A stretch of DNA of 63,129 nt, counting the filler, from Octopus bimaculoides (taxonomy: Eukaryota): NCBI RefSeq assembly GCF_001194135.2. It is 4 parts of 4 records of this genome, joined end to end, with 100 filler letters (N's around TTAATTAATTAA, not from the genome) between each part and the next. Parts side by side here need not be neighbours in the genome. Positions count along the whole stretch, not along the records: positions 1 to 24,409 come from NC_068986.1; 3 more parts are not named here. One strand, written 5' to 3'. Under the pieces are notes generated by a model. The model saw only the letters and a list, made by a program, of their open reading frames with translations. It was not told the DNA's origin and ran no database searches. Every line of letters begins with the position of its first letter. Positions within the stretch are counted from its first letter, which is position 1. The position numbers and the translations under genes were made by a program. Below are positions 11,718-24,241 of the stretch, piece by piece.

Positions 11718-12126
11718 GCAGGAGTGGCTGTGTGGTAAGTAGCTTGCTTACCAGCCACATGGTTCTGGGTTCAGTCCCACTGCGTGACACCTTGGGCAAG
11801 TGTCTTCTACTATAGCCTCGGACCGACCAAAGCCTTGTGAGTGGATTTGGTAGAGAGAAACTGAAAGAAGCCCGTCGTATATATGTATATATATATGTAT
11901 GTGTGTGTATATGTTTGTGTGTCTGTGTTTGTCCCCCCAACATCGCTTGACAACCGATGCTGGTGTGTTTACGTCCCCGTAACTTAGCGGTTCGGCAAAA
12001 AGAGACCGATAGAAGAAGTACTAGGCTTCCAATGAATAAGTCCTGGAGTCGATTTGCACGACTAAAGGCGGTGCTCCAGCATGGCCGCAATCAAATGACT
12101 GAAACAAGTAAAAGAGAGTAAAAGAG
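11718..12126 (+). mobile_element. SINE family B, full length (tRNA head, ccttgggcaag core, internal TA/TG microsatellite, 3' tail)
   Basis: A-box tggctgtgtgg, B-box ggttcagtccc, core caccttgggcaagtgtcttc; related copies at 40507, 45075, 50492, 54601, 58790 and 61525. Confidence 0.92.
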
Positions 12127-12824
12127 TATTGTCTACATGCTAATAGACGCGAATTCATATCCAACGCGTGTACTACGATGTGTTCCTCTACGATCATCTT
12201 ATGGGAATGTTAACGTGCGATTGATCAGCGTTTATCCAGGGGCTGCCAAAAAGTTTTATCTGTCTCATCCGCAGCACAGCACAAACCTTTAGCTTTTCTA
12301 CGCAGAACTTGAAATATTCTAATATTCTCATAGACTTAGCACTGACTAAGACTTGAGTTGTGGGGAGAGTAATGTGGCAAAACAGACCCAAACAAACCAA
12401 TCGGTGAACCGCATAAAAATGCTTTGATTTATGACACTTCCACAAACTCTTTTAACTGCCGATACTTCAGTTTCTTTCTCTGATTTCCACTTCATGTTTT
12501 AGGCTCTAATGCTCCTGCATTTCCCATTTTGACCGAAAGCACTCTTCAAAGTATGTGCTTTACTAGAATTAAGCTTTTCACCCTCTGTTTCATAGATAAC
12601 TTCTTTATTCAATGCTGATCCCCATATTATCTTCCTCTTTATTCTTCTTTTGTTATATTCCTTATATTTCGTCGCCATCATTTTTAAGATCATCTTCAAA
12701 ATCCGTGTTCTTTACTGGAACTCAGTACATGCCTCAACATGCTTTCATCTGCCTGCTTTGATGATGATTATGATGGTGGTGATGACAAGGAGTGACGATA
12801 AATAATTATAATAATAATGACGTT

Positions 12825-13228
12825 TCTAGTTTAGGGACAATGCTATCTATTCTTAGGGCTGGTCAAAAACATAAGCCCCAATACTTAACTAGGAATGGAA
12901 GGCAAAGTTGTCATCAGCATGAACTCAGAGTGTAAAGTGTTAGAACAAATACCACAAAATATTTTTTCTGGCGCTCTGACGGTTCTGCCAAATCACCGTC
13001 CTTATAATTATTTCTAATCTAGGCACAAGGCGATCAGCGTAGATGGAAGGGTGTTAGTCAATTACATCGACCACTGCACCTAACTTGTGCCGTATTTTGT
13101 CGATCCCAGAGGAATGAAGGACAAAATTGTCTACGGTGGGATTTGAAATCAAAACGTAAAGTACTGAAACAACTTTTGCAATGTATTTTCTGAGATGCTC
13201 TAACGATTCTATCAATTCACTGCCTAAT
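12825..13228 (-). mobile_element. Two tandem degenerate SINE family A copies
   Basis: The reverse complements resemble 5985-6195 (ends ...ggttctgccaaatcaccgtcc and ...ctaacgattctatcaattcactgcc). Confidence 0.65.
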
Positions 13229-13509
13229 AATAATAACGGAATCAGGACGCTGCGTGTTTTGTTTTCGTTATTCTCGTCCACACAAAAATGAAGAACGTAT
13301 ATTTTAACTTCGGGACAAGAACACTATCTCTTACCACCAGCACATTACAGTGCGACTGTAACGTAGCATCTTTGGTGTTGGAGTGAAGAGTGACATAAGT
13401 TCTGGTTAGTGTAGTACGAGGAATCTACTAAATGAAAACACTACACTATACAATAAATCTGACAACTGTAGAACATTCCAAGAAGGGAATGTTGTGGAGA
13501 ACAATGCAC

Positions 13510-15140
13510 GGTCTGTTTGGTTACCAACATCAATTCTGTTCAAATTGATTTCATATTCAGTGTAAGGATACACCTTTATTGGTTAATGAATTACGTGAAA
13601 ATCATTTTTGCTATAAATCAATAAATAAAGAGTTATTAGCAATTAAAATTTGAAAATTTTGGTAAGATTAGCCAATCGTAAGCTACAAACACATCCATAG
13701 TAACAAGCGGAACCGAGAACTCTTTTATCTACGAGAAATCACGTGTTGACAAGCTGTGTTCTGTTGGAAATTTTTACTGTTTGATTATGGCAGCTTGCTA
13801 TTGTAACTTAGCTTCTATGATGGAAACACTGAAAACAGAGGCGGATAATGTGTCGTACATTCAAGAAAAGGGTGTTATACTCAGAAGAAAACTATGTAAA
13901 AGGAAGAGGCGTGCTATGTGTACAAAAAGACGTCATAGGAACATGTACTGGCGATACTCGCGCCGAGCATGCATGGAGTCTGTGTTAGTGAGGAAAGACA
14001 CATGATTTGAAGGTGGTGCCCTTCCTCTTAAGATTGTAGTGCTCTTCTTTTACTCATGGGTTAAGGAATTGACTTCAGCCCGGTTTTTGTATTGAAGAAC
14101 TGGGGATGAGCCGTAGCACAGCCATTGATTATAACAACTATGTTAGAGTAATATCTGCGGGGAATATGCTCCGTCATCCAATAAAAGCTGATGGTCCTGG
14201 GAAGATTGTTGAGATCGAGGAAACAGTCTTCTCAAGACGTAAGTACAACCGAGGAAGAGTTCTACCTGAGCAGTGGGTTTTCAGAGGAGTGTGTCGCGAG
14301 ACCAGACAGGTTTCTCTGTATGAGGTGCCATGTCAGAATCGTGACACATTGGAGAAATACATACGTCACTCGATTCTTCCAGGAACCACAATTTTCAGCG
14401 ATTTGTGGAGGACGTACTCTCATATTCCTGAAATTGATGGTTATGATTTTGAGAATAGAACGGTGGACCTTATCGTTAGGTTTGTTAACCCGAAGAATGG
14501 TACTCACACTCAACAAGTGGAGAGAACGTGGGTTTCTGTGACGCGAGGTAATAAACAACACTGTGACACTCACCGTTCTGTGGTAGATTCATATCTCTAT
14601 GAATTTATGTGGCGCAGAAGATACGAACATTGGGATTTGTTTGAGAAATTGTCAAATATAACAGCTAAATAATGTTTTTGGATAAATTTTTGAGGTTCTT
14701 GCTATCGCATTACATGCATGTTGAATGCTTAAAACTACAAAATATGTACTGCTTATTCATTTCTCTTTCTCATTAAGGTGGTTGTGAGGTGTGCTAAAAA
14801 TAACAGTTAAATGACGTTTTTGGATAAATCTTTTAAGTTCGTGCTATCGCAATGCTTAAAACTACAAAAGATATGTTGTTTACTCTTTCTTGACAACACA
14901 TACTATTTCCCGGATGTTTACGACAAAATGTGTAGTTACGCACAAAATGACAGCTTCGAAATACTGTTTTCTGACTGGGTGAAAATGATCAAACTTTAAA
15001 CCTCTATAACTTTTTTAAAACATTTTTCTGGAAAAAGTGAAATAACCCCAGCAATTCAACTTGGAAAAGTATATTATTGTACCAAATTTTAAAATTTTCG
15101 ATAAACTTTAATTTTTCAAATGCTGGCAGCCAAACAAACT
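13510..15140 (+). mobile_element. Merlin (IS1016/ISXO2-like) DNA transposon, near full length, decayed
   Basis: Contains the transposase pseudogene below. Putative TIRs at 13510-13530 and 15120-15140 match at 16/21. There is an internal duplicated unit at about 14672-14770 / 14810-14890. No TSD is recognisable. Confidence 0.75.
13787..14672 (+). pseudogene. Merlin/ISXO2-like DDE transposase pseudogene
   Basis: GPGKIVEIEE...RKYNRGR...WVFRGVCRET...TL...I..PGTTIFSDLW..Y...FVNPKNGTHTQQVERTW...YLYEFMWRR. A premature TGA lies at 14003-14005 and a frameshift just before 14106. Confidence 0.92.
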
Positions 15141-15204
15141 AGATCCCAATACACAACCCCTGAAAGTGGTTGAAGAAAGAGAAGCAGAACATGACCACTA
15201 GACA

Positions 15205-15410
15205 TATTGGTTTCAAATTTTGGCACAAGGCCTGCAAGTTCGGCGAAAGAGTAAGTCAATTACACTGACCCAAGCGCTCAGCTGGTACGCAAAAGGATGA
15301 ACGACAGGGTCGACCTCCATGGAATATGAAGTGAGAACGTAAAAAGAGATAAAATGCCGATTTGCAGGCTGTCCGGCGTGCTAACGACACTACCAGCTCA
15401 CCACCTTAAA
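15205..15410 (-). mobile_element. Degenerate SINE family A copy
   Basis: Ends ...ccggcgtgctaacgacactaccagctcaccacc, the reverse complement of the family A head. Confidence 0.75.
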
Positions 15411-16051
15411 TGGCCACTAAATATATTGAAAGGAATATTCACACCTTACAATATAAATAGACACGTCACGTGTGTGTCAATATTGAAACAGTAGTTCACA
15501 TGGAATGGAGATGTCACACATACACGAGTTCTAAAAAAGTATAACTTGAAGATATAGTAACGTAGCAAAGCTGAGTCACATCACTCCTGCCATTGAATTT
15601 CAACTCATATGGAGCACCATCTATCGTAGAAGATAATATTAAACTATTATAGAAATTGTGTACGTAAACAGACCTGTGGATAGCACATAACACATCTGAC
15701 ATCATTCTGTATGCCGAAGATTATAATGACGTATAAATTATTATTATAAATTATTGATATAAATGGCGTATAAATTATTGATATAAAGTATTAATTTAAT
15801 CACTGTAATGATGTGTAGAAGCGAACAAAAAAAGTTAGGAATTATACCCATATTGCTTTTGAATTAAAAAGCATAACTACAATTAAGGAATATTTCGATT
15901 GTTCTATTTATAATAAACATAATAGGGAGGGTACACGGCCATTTCTGTTAAGATACTGACAAATCTCTTGGAATGACAGACGTAGACCCATTCTAGAACA
16001 CAGCCACACTAGGGTTCGTAAACGTTGTTAGGGAATTCGCACACATTATTT

Positions 16052-16228
16052 GGTAACCTTCAACATATTATGTTAACCCTGAACATTGTCATTAACTTTG
16101 AACAACCTTGTTAACCGTGAATACTTTTAAGCTTGTTTACCGTTGAACATTTTTGTTGATCTAAAACAATGTCGTTAACAATGAACAATTTCATTAGCCT
16201 TGAACATTCCTGTTAACTCTAAACACTT
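16052..16228. repeat. Degenerate 19-20-bp tandem array, 9 units, consensus GTTAACCTTGAACA-N5
   Basis: Units start at 16052, 16072, 16091, 16110, 16135, 16155, 16174, 16193 and 16212. Confidence 0.85.
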
Positions 16229-16309
16229 TAATGCTTGTTCTCTGAATTGTACTTAATTTTTGTTTCAAGAGAGGAAAGGAAACTATTGGTGCATTTCTTA
16301 AACCATGAA

Positions 16310-16454
16310 TAATAAAGACGACGACGACGACGACGACGATAACAGCAACAATAACAACAACAGCAACAATAAAAATAAAAATAATAATAATAATAATAAT
16401 AATATCAACAACAATAATTATTATTATTGCTATTGTTGTTGTTATTATAATAGC

Positions 16455-16500
<46 letters not shown>

Positions 16501-17199
16501 GCAACAACAACAACAACAACACCAACATAAACAGCCATGCTAAAGCGTCTTTTGCAGTTAGTTTGATGATTGGCAACTTGTGAGAAATTAGCAACGATGA
16601 AACAGTAAAGGATTTGAAAAGTCCTTATCAATAAATAACTTGGAAAAAAGATGAAGCGGGAGAGATGGAGGAAAAGGGAAAGAGACAAAGAGACGGAGGC
16701 AGAAAGAGAGAAAGGACAGCAACGAATCCCACAAAAAAAAAAGACGATAGGAAACGAAAGGAAATAAAACAAATAACCAAATATATAAATAAATGAACAT
16801 TCTAGAAATGAAAATGCACATATACATACACACACACACGCACACATATATATGATTAAAATAAAACAAAAACGAACTAACGAACAAAACAAATACAACA
16901 AAACATAAAAGTCTTTGAATTCCAGTGAAAATTATTGAATAATTAATGTTAAAAATCTATCAATGAAACATTCGCCATTTTCCTAATGAAATTCGCACGG
17001 TGTTTCTGTTCTGTCTTCCATTTTCTTACATTTTCATTTTTCTTCTGTTTTTATTCCATTTTATTTATTTTTTTTAAACATTTAAAATCAAATTCAAAAT
17101 TCAATTAAGATTTCCAGTTCTTCGTTGTTGTTGCTGTTGTTATCATCATCATCATCATCATCATTATTATTATCATTATTATTACTATTATTATTATTA

Positions 17200-17249
<50 letters not shown>

Positions 17250-17590
17250 GCTATTATTACTATTGTTGTTGATGATGTTGAATATATTTTTATACGTTAT
17301 TATTGTTATGAATATTTTTTATTGTTGTTGTACTCATATACGCTTTGGTTGTTGTTGTTGTTGTTGATATGGTTGCTGATGTATTTATCTTTATTACTTT
17401 ATTTAGTTATTTTCGTTATTATTGTTATTGTTTATCGTCATTGCTGCTGTTCCATCGCTCGTGCTAACGTTCTTATAATTATCATCATTATTATAATTAT
17501 TATTATTGATAATATTATTTTATCATCATCATCATCATCATAATCGTGTTATATATCATTATTGTTGTTATTATTATTATTATTATTATT
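16310..17590. repeat. (GAC)n/(AAT)n/(AAC)n and (ATT)n/(GTT)n trinucleotide tracts
   Basis: Direct sequence (16310-16520 and 17120-17590). Confidence 0.9.
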
Positions 17591-17989
17591 TGAGTGTTTG
17601 CCTTTCATAGATTTCTGTAAAATTAAGTAAAATTAATTCTAAAAAAAAAACAACAAAACAATAAACCAATAACAACAGCTAACACATAAATAAAAATAAA
17701 TGCTAAAAAAATCATTTTTCACTTGTCACTTTACACTTTTCAATTTTAAATGTTACATTCAAATTCTCACCTCTCCCTTCACCCTCTTCTACTCCTCCCA
17801 CACTCACACATTCACTACACGAAACCCCTTCCTCCATTCGCCTCCTTTTTACCGAAACCTCTTTATCATGTTGAAAGATCAGAGGAGAAACTCCAGTCTT
17901 GTACCGTCTTAACCCCCCTCACCGCTACCGTGACCTCTCTCACACACTCAGCTCTGCTCGCGCTCAGCCGCTGCCGCCGTTACCGCCAT

Positions 17990-18387
17990 CACCGCCTCCA
18001 CCACTGACACTATCATCAATGCAATAACAATCATCATAATCATCATCATGCTCTTCGTCAACATCATCATTCTCATCATCACCAGCATGCTCACCATTGT
18101 CGTCAGCACTATCGCTCAAACAACAATTATCACTCTTTATAACACCACCACCACTACCACCACCCTCACAATTACTACAAATATTATTGCTCCTACTACT
18201 GTAGCTACTACTACTACTATTTCAGTTACTACTACCACTACTACAATTATTTCAGCTACTACTACTACAACTACTACTACTTCTACTTTAGCTATTATTA
18301 CTACAACTACTACTACTTTAGCTACTACTTTATCTACTACTACTATAACTACTACTTCAGCTACTACTACTATTACTACTACTTCAG

Positions 18388-18430
<43 letters not shown>

Positions 18431-19150
18431 GGTTACTGCTATTTCTACTAAAGCTATGTCTACTATTACTTCTGCTACTACTACTTCAGCTACTACTACT
18501 TCTACTAATGCTATGTCTACCACTACTTCTACTATTACTTTTACTGCAACTACTACCACTGCTGCTGCCACTGCTGCTGCCACTAATAATAATAATAATG
18601 CTACCACGTCAACTATCTCCCCCACCACTAACACTACCAAAACCCCGATTGCTACTAATGCTACAGCTACTACTACTGCTACTGCTGCTGCTGCTGCTGC
18701 TGCTACTACCATAACCACGACAACCACAACCATCAGCAGCAGCATCGTCAACGGGATCACATCCAATATCATTAAAATAGCCACCATCACAGTCAACATC
18801 ACTATAATCATGAACGTCAGGATTATGATCATTATTACCATTAATGTTCTCCTCTTCATCATCATCATCAACAGCAGCAGCAGCTTCACCATCATCGTTA
18901 TCATCATTATGATTTCACCAAGAGCCTCCACTATCACCACCATCACCACTCCTATCACCTATCATGACCCAGTATGACCACCGCTACCACCAGAACACCA
19001 ACCACCACCATCACCACCACCGCTACCATCATCACCACCTTCACCATCACTACCATCCCCAACACTTACAGTCACTACTGCCATCACCACCACCATCACC
19101 ATTCACCAACATAACCGCTGCCCCACTATCATCATCACTATCATCATCAC
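17990..19150. repeat. (ACT/ACC/ATC/GCT)n low-complexity tract
   Basis: Direct sequence; both strands give homopolymeric ORFs. Confidence 0.88.
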
Positions 19151-19449
19151 CTCTGAGTGTGTAAACGTTCGTTTATCTGACCATACAAACTTGGGTAAAT
19201 TCTACTAAGCTGGTGATGTCTAGTTGACAGAAACATATTCTGAGTTGTCTTCTCTTTTCTGAAAACAAAGGTCAATTTTATTTTTCCGCTAATCATGAGA
19301 ATTAACTTTCCATGATTAAGAAAGAATGCAATACCCATAATCGTCTACCGGGCAGCCGACATTAATGTTGAAAGTAAAAATGCCCGGACTTCGCAGCAGC
19401 AGTCAGGATTCAGCTAAAGGAATTCGAAATGCCAGCTGGTAGTGTTAAA

Positions 19450-19623
19450 CCGAGTGGTGGATAAAGTTGTGCATCCAAAAGACCACGGCAAAATTTGAAT
19501 TCAGAACGCAAGGAACCGGAACAAATGAATGCCACAAAGCGTCTTGTACGACTCTCAGTCCATCTAATCTACTGTCACGGAATGGTAATTTTTTTACTCG
19601 CCACAAATGGACGAAAGGTAAAA
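19450..19623 (-). mobile_element. Divergent SINE family A-related fragment
   Basis: The reverse complement contains ttgcgttctgaattcaaattttgccgtggtc, compared with family A ttacgttctgagttcaaattccgccgaggtc. Confidence 0.5.
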
Positions 19624-19634
19624 TNNNNNNNNNN

Positions 19635-19673
<39 letters not shown>

Positions 19674-20625
19674 CGCATATATATGTATGTATATATATAC
19701 ATGCATATATATATACATATGTGTATACACACACACACACATGTATATATATATATATTAGCAAACGCACTCCTCCTTTCGGCGGTTTAAGTTGCTTTGG
19801 TGGTATTTTTTTTCACCAATTAATTGAACTACCGAGAAGGTTTATGAGTAGCACGGCAATCTACATTTCCGATTAACCGAGGAAAAGAAAACTAAACTGA
19901 AGGTTGGTTATTATGGAGATCGTTGCACTTTAATGATCATAGAACATATAGGTTTGCAAGCGATGCAAAGCAGAGCTACTGAAGTGTTTGGGGAGTAGAT
20001 TATGGATAAGGACTACAAAATATATTTGTTCTACATGAAAGCGAAATTTCTTGTCAGAAACAGCTACATAAATGGTGTAAGGAAATTGAAGGAAGACGTT
20101 GAAACTTCCCCTCTGCGAGTTTATTTTATTCAACAGCAAAGGGAGCTATTTTTCGGAGAGACGTATGATTGGTGCGTTCAAAAATGGCAATATAATAACT
20201 ACTTGAAAAATTATAGTTAAAGGAATGTATTTGTTACGTGCTTACAGTGTACGACCGCTCTCAAATTGACTTCAGGTAACGAAAAATGAAGACATGAAGA
20301 GTTTGACTTCAGTTAACGAATACTGCTTTGAATTTTTAGCAGTTCGCAGTGAAAAGATGTCGCGTTCGAAATATCATAATGGATGGGTAAATAAGCATCG
20401 TTAAAGTGAAACAACGCTTTGGTAGGTAAACAAAGGTATCAACAAATAGAAGAGAGGGAAGGGAACATTATCTTTCAAGTAACTCAGAATAGGTAAAGGA
20501 CGAAAGGTAAAGTGCATGCGTGTGTGTGTAACTCAAGTAACTCAGAATTGCCAAAGTTTAATACAGTTTAAATATGGAGATTAAGATTGTTTATTATTGG
20601 ATATTCATCGCGTACAGTGTTCCTT

Positions 20626-21255
20626 GTCAATTTAATCACCGTCACAGGTGGACAGTCGAAATAAATAATAGACAAAATCATTTTACTTTCATAATATTCT
20701 CTAACCAAGTAATAATACACAATTACAACATATAAATAAATAATAACATGTGGACAGTCGAAATAAATAATAGACAAAACCCTTTCACTTTCATAATATT
20801 CTCTAACCAAGTAATAATACACAATTACAACATATAAATAAATAGTAACATGTGGACAGTCGAAATAAATAGACAAAATCCTTTCACTTTTATAATATTC
20901 TCTAACCAAGTAGTAATACACAATTACAAAATATTAATAAATAATAAATCAAAAGAATGTGAAAACCACTATAAAATATTCTCTAATGCCAATATACAAC
21001 CATGTAGATTTAAAAAGTATGGATGACCCTACATACAAAAAAAAACTGTGTACATACAACGAATTAGAGAAAAACCCGTGCGAACCACAGTTTCTCCTAG
21101 TTTGTCCATTTACGTGGGAGCTCTGGGCAAAATGTTATAGTACATGACCATCCTTGGGACATAAGTAATGTGTGTGCAAAGTTTGGCGAACATAGGTTGA
21201 GAATTGTGGAAATGCATGCGTTCAGTGTTCGTAGTCAGTTAAATCACCGTCGCTG

Positions 21256-21258
<3 letters not shown>
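20626..21258. mobile_element. Putative non-autonomous element with three internal 102-bp tandem repeats and similar 25-bp ends
   Basis: Repeat starts at 20648, 20750 and 20852. Ends gtcaatttaatcaccgtcacaggtg (20626-20650) and gtcagttaaatcaccgtcgctggtg (21234-21258) match at 21/25 in direct orientation. The right end abuts (TA)n. Confidence 0.55.
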
Positions 21259-21294
<36 letters not shown>

Positions 21295-21524
21295 AATGAA
21301 ATCATGACAGTAACTTGCGTAAACGAGTATGTTTTATAAAATATATAATACCATATATTTCTTGTATTTATAAATAATATTTCGTGAATCGTATACTCAA
21401 TATTGGCCTATCATGTGGTTTCATGCGTTACAGCATTAGATGCGAGATATACGAGTGAATTGTAGGACCTACAACTGAGCCCGAACTTTGATTACACGTA
21501 GCACTTCAAAACGCATACATTATG

Positions 21525-21571
<47 letters not shown>

Positions 21572-22057
21572 AGAGAGAGAGTATGCATATATATATGTGT
21601 GTATATATANNNNNNNNNNTCAGTGATCCGCCAGCTCAAGTGGTGGGATGACTGAAAGACTGCTTATATCTGCTCGCGACTACATAGGCACCTGAAACAA
21701 TTAGTGAAAGCGTGGTACAAGTTGATAGAGTGAATGAAAAACAGCTATGTTCTCCTAGTGGTTGAAGTACATAACCTTGTAAAGAAGTATTTACCGGCAG
21801 TCTATCTTTTGCCTACTTACATGATCGGAGCTAAACGCCTCACGAATCTGCACTTGTTTTCTTCCTAGATTTTCTGAGTAAGCATTTAGATTGTCCAACG
21901 TTTGGTTGTTTGCGTTACAAAGTACAGTAAACATTAAATAGTTCAAGAAGATAGACTTCACCACATCCGATCTACTTACTTTCCTTTCTGGGATAGAGAC
22001 ACATTTTCTGTTTGGCCTTTTTCCTTTATCTTTTTTTTTTCTTCTCTCTTTCTACAG

Positions 22058-22093
22058 CACTCAACTGTCTACCATCCCTGTCCATTTCCCATC
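22058..22093 (+). CDS. Candidate 36-nt internal exon
   Basis: Very long pyrimidine tract ending tctacag| and a C|gtaaga donor. All three frames are open, so the product is unknown. Confidence 0.3.
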
Positions 22094-22912
22094 GTAAGAC
22101 GATGGTGTTGCGGCTGTACCGCTGGCAACGGCCGGAAGAATGATGTTGCAGAACATTGACCTCTGGAAGTGACGACCAGGAGATCTTTTCGGCTACTTCC
22201 GGAGCCTCAACAGAAACGTCATTAAGAGCACCAAACTGCCTTTTTTTTCTTTTTGTCACCCCAGCTGATCTTTTATTTCAATTTTCTCCAAGCAGAATAC
22301 CCTCACATTGTCTTTACTGTCACATACACTACCAATCCCATTGCTTTTACTTCCGTACCCACAACAAAGTACAACTCCAGAATGATCCTGTGATTCTCAC
22401 CTTCACAGTTAGAACTTTTATATCACTACAGACCCCTCCCGATCACATTTCGTTTCTTATCAATTCTATAGCTATATAAGCATAACCATTGGGGTACTTG
22501 GGTGCGTTCTAAGTGTTTCAGAAAGGGTTTATAAAAAATGAAAGGAAAAGTAAAAACAGAACTTAATATATATTCTGTGCATTTAGATTGTAAGTGAAAC
22601 AATGAAAATATGTAAGACTTTTCTGAACTTCAGTGTAATACAAATAGTATTCTTATCTAAATTCTGGTTGTTTCTCGATAAGGATCAATCCCCTGGTTTC
22701 TGGGAAGATTTCAGATTCTCAAAAAGGAAAGTGATACATATTTGCATACACATATACATATATGCATATATACCTACACACCAACATGCATACATATATA
22801 AATGCAAACATGCATTCATACAGACCGATAGGTACGCTTATAACACACTACGTATACGCAAAAAAAAAACACGTATATTTACATGTGTATGAATATATGA
22901 ATACATATATAC

Positions 22913-22914
<2 letters not shown>

Positions 22915-22984
<70 letters not shown>

Positions 22985-23052
22985 TATACATATATATATA
23001 TTCATGCATGTATTTATGTATAGACAGACAGGCAGGCAGACAAGCAGGTAGT

Positions 23053-23102
<50 letters not shown>

Positions 23103-23116
23103 CACACACACACACA

Positions 23117-23148
<32 letters not shown>

Positions 23149-23318
23149 TCCATACATGTGTGTGTCAGCATATTTGAATCTGCATATACACAAACACACA
23201 CGCAGACAATTATGTGTGTGCGTGTGTGTGTGTATGTGTGTGTGCGTGCGTGTCTGTGTACACGGACACATAAAAGCAGTTATACAATTATCGAATTCCA
23301 CACATACACACACTCATC

Positions 23319-23355
<37 letters not shown>

Positions 23356-23400
23356 ATTCTCAATGTCACAAGCACCCCTCACACACACACACCTACACCG
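22915..23400. repeat. (TA)n/(TAGA)n/(CA)n/(TG)n microsatellites
   Basis: Direct sequence. Confidence 0.93.
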
Positions 23401-24241
23401 ATTCTCCCCCACACCCACCTACACATTCATACTAAAAAAAAATTCGTCTGTGAATATTTCTCGTATTTGTCAACTGTTGACAGAATCGAAACTATTTTCA
23501 CAGAGTAAATAAAACGTTATATATTAAAGCCATGCAAATCGTTTCTTCCTAACCTCCGACGCTACACTAACCTACAAGCTTCACTAGCAAACACGTCTCC
23601 CTTAACAAATACTTGGGGGTTTGAGGGCTGGGAGTTGTGTGCTACTAAGAAGTCTTTTCATCTTTGAGAAGGGGCTCCAGATCTGTATTCCCCCTTAGGT
23701 ATACTTTCTGAATTTAATAACAAGGTTAATATCAAGGGTATAATGTACGAAGGTCAAAGTGAGAGTAAGAGTCTAGAAAACAAGGCATTAGGTCCCACCC
23801 GGGAGATGAACGTAGAAGATTTGGGGGCTAATAGCTGAGTAAATAAATAGATTTCTTTTTGAGGCGGATAGTTTTATATTGTCATGTTTTAAATGCCATT
23901 AAAAGTTTAGGAAAACGGTTGGGTACAGTGTGAAATTGTACTGGAGCCTTACCGTCTATCCACACACACACACATACACACACACACATACACAGACATA
24001 TGTGTGCGTAAATATGTGTATATACTTAAATATAATGAAGTAGTATATGTAAATACGTTCATACATAGATATGTGTGTATGCATATATATATGCATGTAT
24101 ATATATATGCATGTATATATATACATGTCCCTCTATATACAGATATGTATATATTATATGTAAGCATACACACATTCACACACACTCACATATATACATT
24201 TTTGTATAAATGTACGTACATACATAAATATATATATATAT

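Noticed and set aside
11718-11790. tRNA genes at SINE heads
   Set aside because: A and B boxes are present but there is no complete cloverleaf, and the sequence continues into SINE bodies.
12130-12720. Possible gag-like Zn knuckle or transposase remnant on the minus strand
   Set aside because: The Cys/His spacing does not fit CX2CX4HX4C and there are no supporting motifs.
15514-15705. Minus-strand 63-aa ORF with an acceptor-like site
   Set aside because: No homology recognised and no partner exons found.
18048-18977. 309-aa Thr-rich mucin-like ORF (and the 273-aa Val-rich antisense ORF)
   Set aside because: Built from pure ACT/ACC/ATC/GCT runs, open on both strands, with no recurring peptide motif or splice support. 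Similar tracts recur at 8.4, 56.5 and 57.7 kb.
20648-20930. CRISPR-like array (also considered for 16052-16228)
   Set aside because: The units are contiguous tandem repeats without unique spacers of suitable length, there are no cas genes, and the context is eukaryotic.
23540-23940. FDLRTLY as a Penelope/Naiad RT motif on the minus strand
   Set aside because: An isolated short resemblance; no neighbouring RT motifs are recoverable in any frame.
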